NCBI GenBank assembly: GCA_045658925.1
Contig: JAZOVV010000070.1
Coordinates: forward strand, 5,526-69,525
Direction of reading: 5' to 3'
DNA length: 64,000 nt
DNA from: Eubacteriales bacterium
GTDB taxonomy: Bacteria; Bacillota; Clostridia; Oscillospirales; CAG-272
Position numbers and translations under genes: made by a program
Notes under the pieces: generated by a model
What the model saw: the letters and a program-made list of their open reading frames with translations, nothing else
What the model was told of the DNA's origin: nothing
Database searches by the model: none
Shown: positions 8,707 through 18,700 of the stretch, in pieces
How the letters are laid out: each line of letters opens with the position of its first letter
How positions within the stretch are numbered: position 1 is the stretch's first letter

Positions 8707-9931
8707 TGTTCTCGCCCTCCTCTGTGTAAAGATGGCACGCTACAAAGTGCGTGGGGCTCAACTGAACCATACCCGGGTATTCGCCCGAGCACTTTTTGGT
8801 GCATTTTGAGCAACGCTCTTTAAAATAGCAGTGGTTCGGCATATTCACAGGGTTGGGAACATTGCCGGGAATGTTAAACAACTGATCGGAATCCGAATCC
8901 ATCGTGGGCTTGGATTTTTGCAAACCAACGGTGTAAGGATGCTTGGGATTGTGGAAGATCTCGCGAACAGTTCCCTGCTCTATCGCGCGGCCTGCGTACA
9001 TAACAACAACGTAGTCTGCCATTTCGGCAACAACGCCAAGGTCGTGGGTGATGAGCAGGATGGAGCCGTTGATCTTATCCTTCAAGCTTCTGAAAAGATC
9101 GAGGATCTGTGCTTGAATGGTTACGTCAAGCGCGGTTGTGGGCTCATCTGCAATGATCAATCTCGGGTTGCAAGCCAACGCCATTGCAATCATAACAGGC
9201 TGTCTCATACCGCCCGAAAGCTCGTGGGGGTAAGAATTATATACGTGCTCGGGATCGGCAATACCAACGAGAGTGAGCATCTTTAAGGATGCTTCCTTTG
9301 CCATCTCCTTGGTTGCACCGGGAACGTGGACAAAGGTAACCTCATCGAGCTGGTTGCCGATGGTGAATACGGGATTGAGCGAGGTCATCGGCTCTTGGAA
9401 GATCATCGCGATTTGACGGCCTCTGATGCGGTAAATCTCGTGTACGGGCATATTGGCAATGTCGTAAACCTTTTCTTCGGTTTCAAAGTAGGTATTGCCA
9501 TCCGCATCCTCGAAAGCAATCGGGTCTCCGTTTTCGTCTCGCTTGTAGTCCTCGGAATTGAAGCGGATCTGCCCCGAAACGATTTGGCCCGCAGGGCCCT
9601 GAATGAGCTGCATAACAGACATACTCGTAACCGACTTTCCGCATCCCGATTCGCCAACGATACCTACGGTTGCATTTTTGGGTACGTTGAAGGATACACC
9701 GTTTACCGCCTTTACAACACCTTGGTCGGTGTAAAAGTAGGTGTGGAGATTCTCAATTTCGAGAATGTTGTTCTTATCCTTCATTTTAGTGACAAATTCG
9801 CTTTCATCGGCACGTCTGTGCTTATGCTTTTCCAACGCGCGGGTAATCTTGCGATTTTCCCTTGCGATTGCGCGAATTTCTTTGCCCGACAGATAGTGGC
9901 TATCCTTTTTGGTATTTGTCTTATCTGCCAC
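8699..9931 (-). CDS. oppD: Oligopeptide ABC transporter ATP-binding protein OppD
   Basis: GESGCGKS, LSGGMRQP, IIADEPTTALD and a C-terminal CYFKERC..C..C motif. I place the start at GTG 9931, which is preceded by AGGAGG (9939-9944) with a 7-nt spacer and lies just after the oppC stop (9936-9938). The track start at 10009 would overlap oppC by 74 nt. Confidence 0.9.
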   Translation of the reverse strand: MADKTNTKKDSHYLSGKEIRAIARENRKITRALEKHKHRRADESEFVTKMKDKNNILEIENLHTYFYTDQGVVKAVNGVSFNVPKNATVGIVGESGCGKSVTSMSVMQLIQGPAGQIVSGQIRFNSEDYKRDENGDPIAFEDADGNTYFETEEKVYDIANMPVHEIYRIRGRQIAMIFQEPMTSLNPVFTIGNQLDEVTFVHVPGATKEMAKEASLKMLTLVGIADPEHVYNSYPHELSGGMRQPVMIAMALACNPRLIIADEPTTALDVTIQAQILDLFRSLKDKINGSILLITHDLGVVAEMADYVVVMYAGRAIEQGTVREIFHNPKHPYTVGLQKSKPTMDSDSDQLFNIPGNVPNPVNMPNHCYFKERCSKCTKKCSGEYPGMVQLSPTHFVACHLYTEEGENNG

Positions 9932-9935
9932 GCCG

Positions 9936-11033
9936 TCACCTCCTTGCCTTGGGGTCAAGGGCATCTCTAAGTCCGTCGCCAACAAAGTTGAATCCAAGAA
10001 CGGCAACAACGATGCAAATACCGGGAGGTGCCCAAATGTTGATGTAGTTTTCCAAAATGTTGAGATCGCTTGCGGCGTTAATCATCGTTCCCCAAGCTGC
10101 ATAAGGCGGTTGAACGCCCATGTTCAAGAAGGACAGCGATGCTTCGTAAAGAATCATGCTACCAAGGCTGAGCGTCATAGAAACGATCAGCTGCGGCATA
10201 ATGTTGGGAACGAGATGCTTGAAGATTTTACGTCCTGTGGAATATCCCATTGCCTCAGCGGCTACCATATATTCCTGCTCGCGCAGAGAGAGGATTTGAC
10301 CTCTTACAAGGCGTGCCGTGCCGGGCCACGAGAACAGTGTCAGGAATGCCATCAGGAAGTAGATTCTGTATTGGGGATCGCCCATAAAGTCTTGAATAAC
10401 GTTGGGGTTCTCCAACTCACCGAATGCGGTGAGCACGGTACCGAATACCAGCATGATGGGAAATCCGGGAATACACATCAGAATATCGCAGATACGCATG
10501 ATCAAATTGTCGATCACGCCGCCGAAATAGCCTGCGATGCCTCCCATAATAACGCCAAAAAAGGTGATGATAAATACCGAGATGAAACCAATGATCAGCG
10601 AAATGCGGCCACCGTACATCAATCTTGTCAAAACGTCGTAGCCCGTTTCATCGGTTCCGAGAGGATGCTCTGCGCTCAAGGGAGCGAGGGCGTTCTCTTT
10701 TTCGGTCTTTTCGGTAATTTGATAAATGGTATGCGTCTTTCCGTCCTTTTCGTATTCAATCGTCTTAGAGGTGTACTCTACGATCGGGCTCTGGTCAACC
10801 TCGATTTCGCCCCACTTGTTGTAAACAACGGGGCCGAGGAAGCAGAACAGGAAGAGAGAGACCAACATAATAATGCCGATGACACTGAGCTTGGAACGGA
10901 AGAATCGACGAAGGACCATTTGCGTAGGCGACATCAGTCGCACGTTGCGGTCGAGCGGCTCGTCTGCTTCTTGCTCCTCAATCACAAGATTTTTCGTCTC
11001 ATCAACAGCTTGCTTATTTTCAATATCTTTCAT
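9936..11033 (-). CDS. oppC: Oligopeptide ABC transporter permease OppC
   Basis: Polytopic protein with the binding-protein-dependent permease loop AAEAMGYSTGRKIFKHLVPNIMP. Sits in the opp gene order. Confidence 0.9.
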   Translation of the reverse strand: MKDIENKQAVDETKNLVIEEQEADEPLDRNVRLMSPTQMVLRRFFRSKLSVIGIIMLVSLFLFCFLGPVVYNKWGEIEVDQSPIVEYTSKTIEYEKDGKTHTIYQITEKTEKENALAPLSAEHPLGTDETGYDVLTRLMYGGRISLIIGFISVFIITFFGVIMGGIAGYFGGVIDNLIMRICDILMCIPGFPIMLVFGTVLTAFGELENPNVIQDFMGDPQYRIYFLMAFLTLFSWPGTARLVRGQILSLREQEYMVAAEAMGYSTGRKIFKHLVPNIMPQLIVSMTLSLGSMILYEASLSFLNMGVQPPYAAWGTMINAASDLNILENYINIWAPPGICIVVAVLGFNFVGDGLRDALDPKARR

Positions 11034-11048
11034 TACGTGTCCCCTCCT

Positions 11049-12011
11049 TTACTGCAATTTAACACGAGGGTCTACCACAGCATACATCAGGTCTGCCAAA
11101 AGCACACCGATGATGCTGAGCAACGCAAGGAACATATTATAACCCATAATAACGGGAACGTCACCTACGATCATTGCCTTGTACGCCGTATTACCGATGC
11201 CGGGCAGGTCAAAGATCTGTTCGGTGATGATTGCGCCCGAGAAGAGCGAGGGTAACAATCCCGCAAGGCTTGTAACAAGCGGAATCATGGTATTTCTAAA
11301 TGCGTGCTTGTAAATAACAACACGCTCTTTTAAGCCTTTGGCTCTTGCCGTACGAATATAATCGGAGCTCAATACCTCAAGCATATTGGTACGGGTCATT
11401 CTCATTCTTCCGCCAATACTGAGTATTACTACGGTTGTGATCGGCAATATGAGATATTTGATGTATTCAAAAACGTAAGCAATTCCCGTTGCGGATTGCG
11501 TTGCATCGCCGAGACCGGATGACGGCAGCCATCCAAGTCCCGATGCAAAGATTCCCTTCAGAATTTGTCCAAAGAAGAACGACGGCAACGAAATACCGAT
11601 CATAACGAGTACCGTAACAAGATAATCACGGAAGGAATACTGGTGGGTTGCGGCGGTGATACCGAGAGGGATAGCAATCATAAATTCAAATATTGTTGCC
11701 AGAGCGGCTACAATAAAGGAAACGAACATATCTCTCTTGATAACGTCAACAACGGGCATGCTTTGCGTAAAGCTCTCACCAAAATCGAGGGTGATAATAC
11801 GCTTGAGCCACTCGCCGTAACTCATATCATACATCTTCATAATCGCTTCCTTGGTGGATTGATCTACGATCGCGCCGCCCGCGTTCATTTCGTTGATCTT
11901 ATTTTCAGCGAAACTCGAGGGCATATTTTGAATGAGCACGAACAAGATCAATGACACACCAAGCAATATGAATACCGACAGAAGAAGTCTTTTCAATATG
12001 TATTTTAACAT
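11049..12011 (-). CDS. oppB: Oligopeptide ABC transporter permease OppB
   Basis: MLKYILKRLL N-terminus and the IRTARAKGLKERVVIYKHAFRNTMIPLVT permease signature. Confidence 0.9.
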   Translation of the reverse strand: MLKYILKRLLLSVFILLGVSLILFVLIQNMPSSFAENKINEMNAGGAIVDQSTKEAIMKMYDMSYGEWLKRIITLDFGESFTQSMPVVDVIKRDMFVSFIVAALATIFEFMIAIPLGITAATHQYSFRDYLVTVLVMIGISLPSFFFGQILKGIFASGLGWLPSSGLGDATQSATGIAYVFEYIKYLILPITTVVILSIGGRMRMTRTNMLEVLSSDYIRTARAKGLKERVVIYKHAFRNTMIPLVTSLAGLLPSLFSGAIITEQIFDLPGIGNTAYKAMIVGDVPVIMGYNMFLALLSIIGVLLADLMYAVVDPRVKLQ

Positions 12012-12041
12012 AAACTACTCCAAATTTTGTCAAGCGTGAAA

Positions 12042-14816
12042 TCAGCTTGCAAATTCAATTTCCCAAATGCGGTCCAGGGGAGAGGTGTAGGGGTTAATCT
12101 CACCGGGGAGAGATTCGCTCTTGATGATGTTGGAATTGTATGCATAAAGCACGTCTCTTTGGTAAACAGGGAGCTCAATTGCAAGATCGAGAACGTATCC
12201 CATAGCCTCTTTGTAAAGTTCTGTACGAACTGCTTGATCCTCGGTCTCACGAGCCTCGTCAATAACTGCACTGAGGTCGTTGAGGATCTTGTTTTCTTCT
12301 ACATAAGTCGAGGGAGATGCAAGAATTTCGCGGTAACCCCAAGCGAGAACGCTGGTTGCGGTGGAATTCTTGTGGTAAACCTGATACATATCAGGGTCAA
12401 CGGTGCTACCCCATGCAGCTGCCCAAACCGCGAGCGAACCTGTGGTCAGCTTTGTGAGTGCTTGGGTATCCGGAACAACCTCGATATCCCATCCCATCTC
12501 GTTGAGCAGGTCTGCTGCCGCACGGAAGGTAAGATAAGTCGGGTGATCGGTCAGGTCTGCACCTGCAATGGTAAACTTGAGAGAAAGCTTGGAATCGCCC
12601 GCGGATACGCCTGCTTCGTTCATATAATATTGAATCTGTTCCATTGCGCTCTCTTTGCTATATTGAATAGAGGGATAATCGTGTCCGTTCAAACGGTCGT
12701 TGTTACCAAGCTCATCCTTCGGGTATGCCCAGCTTACGGTGGACATAGGCCAATAGATGTTCTCGGCAGTTCCTACGCTATAGTAGCTGAGAGCCAAGGA
12801 AGTATCCATTGCGCACATAATCGCCTTACGGATGTTGATGTTGGGAACCTTACCTGCGTTAATACCGATATAACCGTAACCGAGCTGGTCGGTGTTCAGC
12901 TTCTTAACGCCGTCAGCCGCCATTGCGTTGAGTTGGTTAATGTTGTATTGGGTGTATTGGGGAGAAATGTAGTGAACCGAGCCCTCTTTGAGTGCTGCGA
13001 TTGCGTTGGATGTGCTAACAACACGGTAACGAATCTTCTCGATTTTGGGTTGACCCATCAAGAAGTTATCGTTTCTCTTGAAGTAAACTACGTTATCTGC
13101 AAAGAATGCGTCTTCCTTGGGGTTGTCGCTGTTGTTTCTATCGGTAGCCTTGTATGCGCCGGCACCCATAGGAACCTTAATGTTTCTGGTGGATTGGATT
13201 TCGTTTCTCATAAAGTCGAAGGACGCAAACTCAACACCAAAGTTGTTGTTTTCAATGTCAACTGTGTAGCCTTCTGCATAGTAGTGCTGAGGAGCTACTG
13301 CAAATGCAAAGTTCCAAATAGCCTTGGGGTCAACGCCGTTGATAGTGATTTCGAGAACGTCGTATTCGTCTGCGTTTGCGGGAGTGCCATCCTCGTTGTG
13401 CTCACGCGCAACGGTGTAGGTGGTGTCACCAATGGTTACGGAAGGAGTGTTTGTGGTATGACCAAGGGATTTGATACCCGAAATGTTTTGAACTGCAAGC
13501 TGACCGCCCACAGAGCTTTCACGAAGGATAACTTCCTTTGCCTGTGCGGTGTACTGTGTACGAAGCTCGGTTGCAGTGCCCCAAGCGGTCAAAATTTCGC
13601 CAAGTGCGTTTTCTACCTTATGATTGTATACGTAGTTGATTGCGGAGGTCTTGTCGGTTACAACAGCAGTGTTGTATTGAGGAGTCAGTTTTTCAATCTT
13701 TGTTCTGTCCTCTTTACCGTTTTCGTCGGTTGCGTACTTAACTTCTACGTAACCTTCCAAGAACATAAAGCAGAATACTTCATCCTTAAACTGTTCGATG
13801 GATTTATAGGGCTCTTCAGTAAAGGAGTCCTTTGCGCCTGCGTAATCTCTTTCGAGCTCTTCCTTAAAGAGCTTCAAGGTCAGTTCATAGTCGGCAAGGA
13901 GCTGATCGTTGGTTACGGTGTTGGGAGTAGCCGAAACAGCCTTTTTATAACCGCTGGAAAGAGTGTGGTTCTTGATTGCGTTGACCATAGTGGTGTAATC
14001 CGCGCTGTAAGCACCTTGTGTGGGCGTTCTGCCAACCTGTTGATAGAGGTTGAGCAATTCCTTAATACGGTCGCCTGCTCTGCCTGCTGCCGCGCTGGAA
14101 AGTGCATCGTCTGCATTGTTGTTACCGGAACCGAGGGTTTGGGTTCTGTAGTTTTGCAGACCAACGATATCGGTGGAATACATGGTGGACGAGCCCGTGT
14201 ATACGGGGTCGAGATAAACGTACATATTGAAGAGTACGTCTTCGATGGTCAAGGGATGACCGTCAGAGAATTGGATACCGTTTTTGATAACAAAGGTGTA
14301 AACCGTTGTATCGTCGCTATCGTTGTGAACGATAGACATATCCTTAACAACAACTGCTTCGTTATCGCCGTATGCAACGGTAACTTCACCGTTCTTATAA
14401 CCGGTGGTAAGCATACCGATCTGCGTCATAGACACGATGGTGCCGTCATTGGCACTGGTCGAGAAGAAGGGGTTGAACAAGCCGTCAAGCTGCTCTGTCA
14501 TAATAACGAATGCATCGGGTGCTTTTGCTCCCTGCTCCTTTTTGGGAAGAAGCAAGAGAACAGGAACAAGAATTGCAACTACAAGAACTGCTGCAATAAT
14601 GGGAATGAGCTGCTTTTTGGTCAATTTTTTGCCTTTTTTAGTTTTTACAGAAGTGGGAACTACTTTGGCGGAAATGGTTGTCTCTTTAGAAACTGTCACT
14701 TCCACACCGTTCTCTTCCGTAACAGTTTCTTCGACAAAAGTTTCCTTGATGGTAACTTCCTCGGAAGCAACTTCTTCGGGAATGTTTTCTTCGTTGGGGA
14801 TTTTGTTTTCTTCCAT
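12042..14816 (-). CDS. oppA: Unusually large (924 aa) family-5 (OppA-like) solute-binding protein with an acidic N-terminal tail and a single TM anchor
   Basis: AGGAG RBS 7 nt upstream. The N-terminal 65 aa or so are E/V/T-rich, followed by KKGKKLTKKQ and the TM LIPIIAAVLVVAILVPVLLLL; there is no lipobox Cys. The SBP_bac_5-like core follows (FNPFFSTSANDG.., VYTFVIKNGIQFSDGHPLTIEDVLF..). Located directly upstream of oppBCDF. Confidence 0.85.
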   Translation of the reverse strand: MEENKIPNEENIPEEVASEEVTIKETFVEETVTEENGVEVTVSKETTISAKVVPTSVKTKKGKKLTKKQLIPIIAAVLVVAILVPVLLLLPKKEQGAKAPDAFVIMTEQLDGLFNPFFSTSANDGTIVSMTQIGMLTTGYKNGEVTVAYGDNEAVVVKDMSIVHNDSDDTTVYTFVIKNGIQFSDGHPLTIEDVLFNMYVYLDPVYTGSSTMYSTDIVGLQNYRTQTLGSGNNNADDALSSAAAGRAGDRIKELLNLYQQVGRTPTQGAYSADYTTMVNAIKNHTLSSGYKKAVSATPNTVTNDQLLADYELTLKLFKEELERDYAGAKDSFTEEPYKSIEQFKDEVFCFMFLEGYVEVKYATDENGKEDRTKIEKLTPQYNTAVVTDKTSAINYVYNHKVENALGEILTAWGTATELRTQYTAQAKEVILRESSVGGQLAVQNISGIKSLGHTTNTPSVTIGDTTYTVAREHNEDGTPANADEYDVLEITINGVDPKAIWNFAFAVAPQHYYAEGYTVDIENNNFGVEFASFDFMRNEIQSTRNIKVPMGAGAYKATDRNNSDNPKEDAFFADNVVYFKRNDNFLMGQPKIEKIRYRVVSTSNAIAALKEGSVHYISPQYTQYNINQLNAMAADGVKKLNTDQLGYGYIGINAGKVPNINIRKAIMCAMDTSLALSYYSVGTAENIYWPMSTVSWAYPKDELGNNDRLNGHDYPSIQYSKESAMEQIQYYMNEAGVSAGDSKLSLKFTIAGADLTDHPTYLTFRAAADLLNEMGWDIEVVPDTQALTKLTTGSLAVWAAAWGSTVDPDMYQVYHKNSTATSVLAWGYREILASPSTYVEENKILNDLSAVIDEARETEDQAVRTELYKEAMGYVLDLAIELPVYQRDVLYAYNSNIIKSESLPGEINPYTSPLDRIWEIEFAS

Positions 14817-14878
14817 ACCGTTTCTCCTAATTCATATTTTTATAGAACCTTTGGGGCTCTTTTGTTTTTCAATTTGTT

Positions 14879-15688
14879 TTATTCTGCGGTTTCTTCGGTC
14901 CAGGTGACATAAATCTTGATAACGAGCTCTGTTGTGATTCCCTTTTCGTAATCGACAAAATGCGTTCTGCCATCAAGATTTGCAGTGATTTGTTGGGTCA
15001 TGGCTTCGTCTAAATAAGCCGCGGCAAAAACCTTGCCATCCACTTTGGGAAAATCGTTCATGCTAACCTTTCCCGTAGAGCTTACCTTGGGAATGTTGAG
15101 GGTAAGCTTTTGCTTGGAACCGATCTTTTCAAAAACGCCGGATTCATTTTGGGAATAAAATTCGTAAGTAAAGAAGGGTGCCCATGCAGCATACAGGGTC
15201 AACTCACCGTCGGTGAGCTCGGCAGGATCGATAACGTCCTTTTCAAAATCCCATTTGCCGCTGTAAGTATAGGCCTGTTCCCTTTTGGATTCGGACACCG
15301 GAACTCCAAAAACGTCGAGCGGGTTACCGTTTACGTCAACCACCGGTGTTCTTTCCTTGTACCAGCCAATTTGAAAATAGTTGTTTGTGCCGTCAATTTT
15401 ACTGAGTTTGAATATGCCCTCACCGCGAACGGGATCGTCGGGCGCGAGGAGTGCTACTCCCGTTTTGCCTGCGGCGTTCGTCACAACGTCGTCTTTGTTG
15501 AAAACCTCAACAATGGTAACGTTTTGCGTGTTGTTGACGAATGCACCGCCCGCATCAAACCGAACCTTGACGGTATAACCCTCTTTTGCAAGAGAGTCGT
15601 AAATATTACCGTTTGCGCAAGCCGCGAGGCTCATAGCCAAAGCTATGAGCGCTACTGCGGCAAGGGTTTTTAAGATTTTGTTTTTCAT
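14879..15688 (-). CDS. Lipoprotein with a Listeria-Bacteroides-type repeat
   Basis: Start at ATG 15688 with a GGAG RBS. Signal peptide plus lipobox: MKNKILKTLAAVALIALAMSLAAC. IGWYKERTP...GELTLYAAW resembles the GWY...LYAKW repeats elsewhere in the window. Confidence 0.7.
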   Translation of the reverse strand: MKNKILKTLAAVALIALAMSLAACANGNIYDSLAKEGYTVKVRFDAGGAFVNNTQNVTIVEVFNKDDVVTNAAGKTGVALLAPDDPVRGEGIFKLSKIDGTNNYFQIGWYKERTPVVDVNGNPLDVFGVPVSESKREQAYTYSGKWDFEKDVIDPAELTDGELTLYAAWAPFFTYEFYSQNESGVFEKIGSKQKLTLNIPKVSSTGKVSMNDFPKVDGKVFAAAYLDEAMTQQITANLDGRTHFVDYEKGITTELVIKIYVTWTEETAE

Positions 15689-15711
15689 TTTTTCTCCAAA
15701 TATTCGCACTG

Positions 15712-18700
15712 TCATTCAGCATCAATGCCGTCTGTGCTTTCGTTTTTGGGATCATTTGTAGAGTCGTCAGTGTTTTCTTCTACCTTTTCGTTAGCCTCTT
15801 CACTGCTCTCTCTGTGGGTATTCTCAACCGATTCGTTCTGCAAGGTCGCCTTGCCCTTTTGGCTTTTGAAGTAGAGCACGCAGAACACGATCGCTGCCGC
15901 GAGAGATACTGCAAGAGCGGAAAGAACGACGATCATCCATACCACCTGCATATTGACCTTTTTGCCTGTATCGGTGCCAAGGTCCTCGGGCGTTGTTTCG
16001 GTATTGCCGCTTTGCTGATTTTTGATGTACTCAAGGTCGCTGATCTTTTGCTCAGCCTTGCGGAGCTTTTCAAAATTGGTTACAAGACCTCTTTGCGTAT
16101 CCGAAGTAATCTTATCATACGCTGCTCTTGCCGCAAGGACAAGATCTTTGGTTGCCAACGTAATGTTATCGGGGAGCGCATTGATTGCTGCGATTGCCGC
16201 CAAGGTAGTCTTGTCTGCTGCTGCAGAACCGTCAACCGCCAAAGCAAAATACTTGCCGTAAATGAACGAATCGTAATGCAAGCCGTTTACAGGTCTTACC
16301 ATAATAATAGTATTGTCTACACGGCCTACGTAATCGGTAAAGTTTGCACCGTAGTAAATAACGGAAGGTGCTTCGGTTGCGTTCCACATAAAGTAAGGAA
16401 CGATGCCAAGACCTTGATAAATCAGTGTCTCGCCTGTGTAAGCATCCTGATACTGATATTCACCCGTTGCAGGGAGATTTTCTGCGCTGAGCCAATATTC
16501 GTAATCATACTCCTCTTCCAAAATGGGAGCATCGTAGCTTGCAAAGGATACCATCGTCAATTTTTCGCAACCGTAGAATGCCTTATGTCCAATGGAACGG
16601 AGCGTAGAAGGAAGTACGACCTGAACAACATCCGAGCCTGCAAATGCAAGCGCGGTGATTCTTACAGTACCTTCGGCAACCGTTACCAAGGTGCTCTCAC
16701 CTGTGTAGGTAATCAGCTCCAAGCCATTGGGCACTACGCGATATAGCATACCGTCAATTACCTTAACGGTTTCGCTGAGGTCGTAGGTGGCTACGGGCTT
16801 TTCAAACTTTTCACCATTGAATTCTTCAAAGGTGGTGGAAGCAAAGCTCGAAAGCTTACACATTGCAAAGGGATTTTCGCCAATGTCGGTCAGTTTATCG
16901 CTCAGCTTTACCTCAAAGGGAGTTCTTACTTCCTTGAGGAATGCACCGTCACCGATGCGAACCGCACCCGACAGATCCATAGAGGTTACACCCGTATATG
17001 CAAATGCATAATTGCCAACCTCGCTGATGAATGCAGAACCGATAACGTTGCTAAGCGCGTCGCAGTAAGAGAATGCACCCTCACCGAGAACAACACCCTC
17101 TTTACCAAACGTAACTTCTGCCAATTTTTCGTTGTATACGAAAGCGTACTTGTCAATCTTTTCTACAGAGTTCAAAGAAACGCTTGTCAAATCAGCCTCG
17201 CAGAATGCGCTCTCGCCGATTTCCTTAACCAATTCAAGGTTGATGTTGGCAAGTTTAACGCAGAGGTTGAATGCTCTTGCGGGAATTGTATCGATGTTAT
17301 TGCCGAGTGTTACCGTAGTCAACTCACGGCAGTACTCAAACGCACCTGTACCGAGAGATTCCAAAGAGGAAAGATCTACAACCGTCAAAGCAGGGGCGTA
17401 GTATCTGTACTTGTATTCTCTGTTGGCATCGATTGCAGGCTCGGTCATATTCTGATCAGCAAACTCATAAAGAACGTCACCGGAGAACGCCGAAGCACCA
17501 ATAGACTTCACCTTGGAAAGGTCGATGTTCTTCAACTTAGGTGTGTTGTAGAATGCACTGTCACCGATAATAGCACCTTCGCCAAGGATGACTGTTTCAA
17601 GCTCAGCAGCGCCCATAAACGCGCTGTTGCCGATGACAACGTTGTTGCCAATGGTCAACGAGTGAAGAGGTGACGTGTAAATGTAGTAGTAAACGAGGAG
17701 TCCGTTTGCACCTTCATATCTACCGGGAATTTCGGTAAAGTTAGTTTCTCTGTCCAATCTGAACGCATCTGCACCGATCTTGACGTTGTTACCGATTGTA
17801 ACGTTTGCCAAGAATTTGCACTCTCTAAATGCGCCGTCCCCAATAACCATTCCGTCGGGAACGTTCAGCTCTTTCACCTTGGTGTACGCGAACGCGTATG
17901 CACCGATGCGATCTATTTGATTTAAGGAAGGAACCTGTGTAATTGCGGTTCTGTAGAATGCGTAATCACCGATGAGCTCAAGTGTGCCAAGCTCGATTGT
18001 TGCAAGCTTTTCGCAATATGCAAAAGCATAATCGCCTACGTGTGTTACGCTCGGAATGATAACCGAGGTGATATTCGTACTTCCGGAGAAGGCATTGGAG
18101 CCCACAGAGGTGATATTGCTATCATCTACACGGAATTCGCCCTTGTAGCCGGGAGCTACAAGCAAAATCTCGGTTCCCGCTTTGTTTGTCAGGTATGTGC
18201 CCGAGGCTGCTACCTTAAACGTTGCATTGTTGGGGTCAACCTCAAACGTTTCGGCCTTAGCGTTGCTAAATGCATACTCGCTGATAACGGCAACGTCTTT
18301 ACCGAGTTTAATGGTTTTAAGCGAGGTGCACTCGTTAAATGCTTGGGCAGGAATAACGGCTGCATTGATTGCAATTTCCGTGAGTGAGCTACAGAACTCA
18401 AACGCGTTTTGACCGAGCTTGATGATGGGAGCCTTGATGGTAACGGCTTTGAGCGCGGTATTGTTGCTGAAGGCGTAAGCACCCACAGACTGAACGTCGC
18501 TTCCGAGAACAACGCCCTCCAACTTGGTATTCAGGGCAAATGCACCATCCGCAATTGCAACAACCTTATCGAGGGAAATATTGCCGCGCAAAGCGCATCC
18601 CGCAAACGCATTTCTGTTGATAAACTTAACGTTCTCAATACCCTCTACAACCGTCAGGGACGTACATCCGTAGAATGCGCCAAAGTCGATTCTTTCCAAG

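Noticed and set aside
8699-10009. ORF-track start of oppD at 10009 (436 aa)
   Set aside because: It would overlap oppC by 74 nt and adds a non-conserved-looking N-terminus. GTG at 9931 has a perfect AGGAGG 7 nt upstream and lies directly after the oppC stop.
12027-14912. 961-aa ORF on the plus strand (similar long antisense ORFs occur at 42985..45942, 2688..4907, 15814..22671 and 23383..26079)
   Set aside because: These are mirror-frame shadows of strongly supported genes on the opposite strand (oppA, infB, the giant repeat protein, the S8 protease, the lipoprotein). Their translations are low-complexity or Cys/Val/Gly-rich with no motifs, RBS or promoter.
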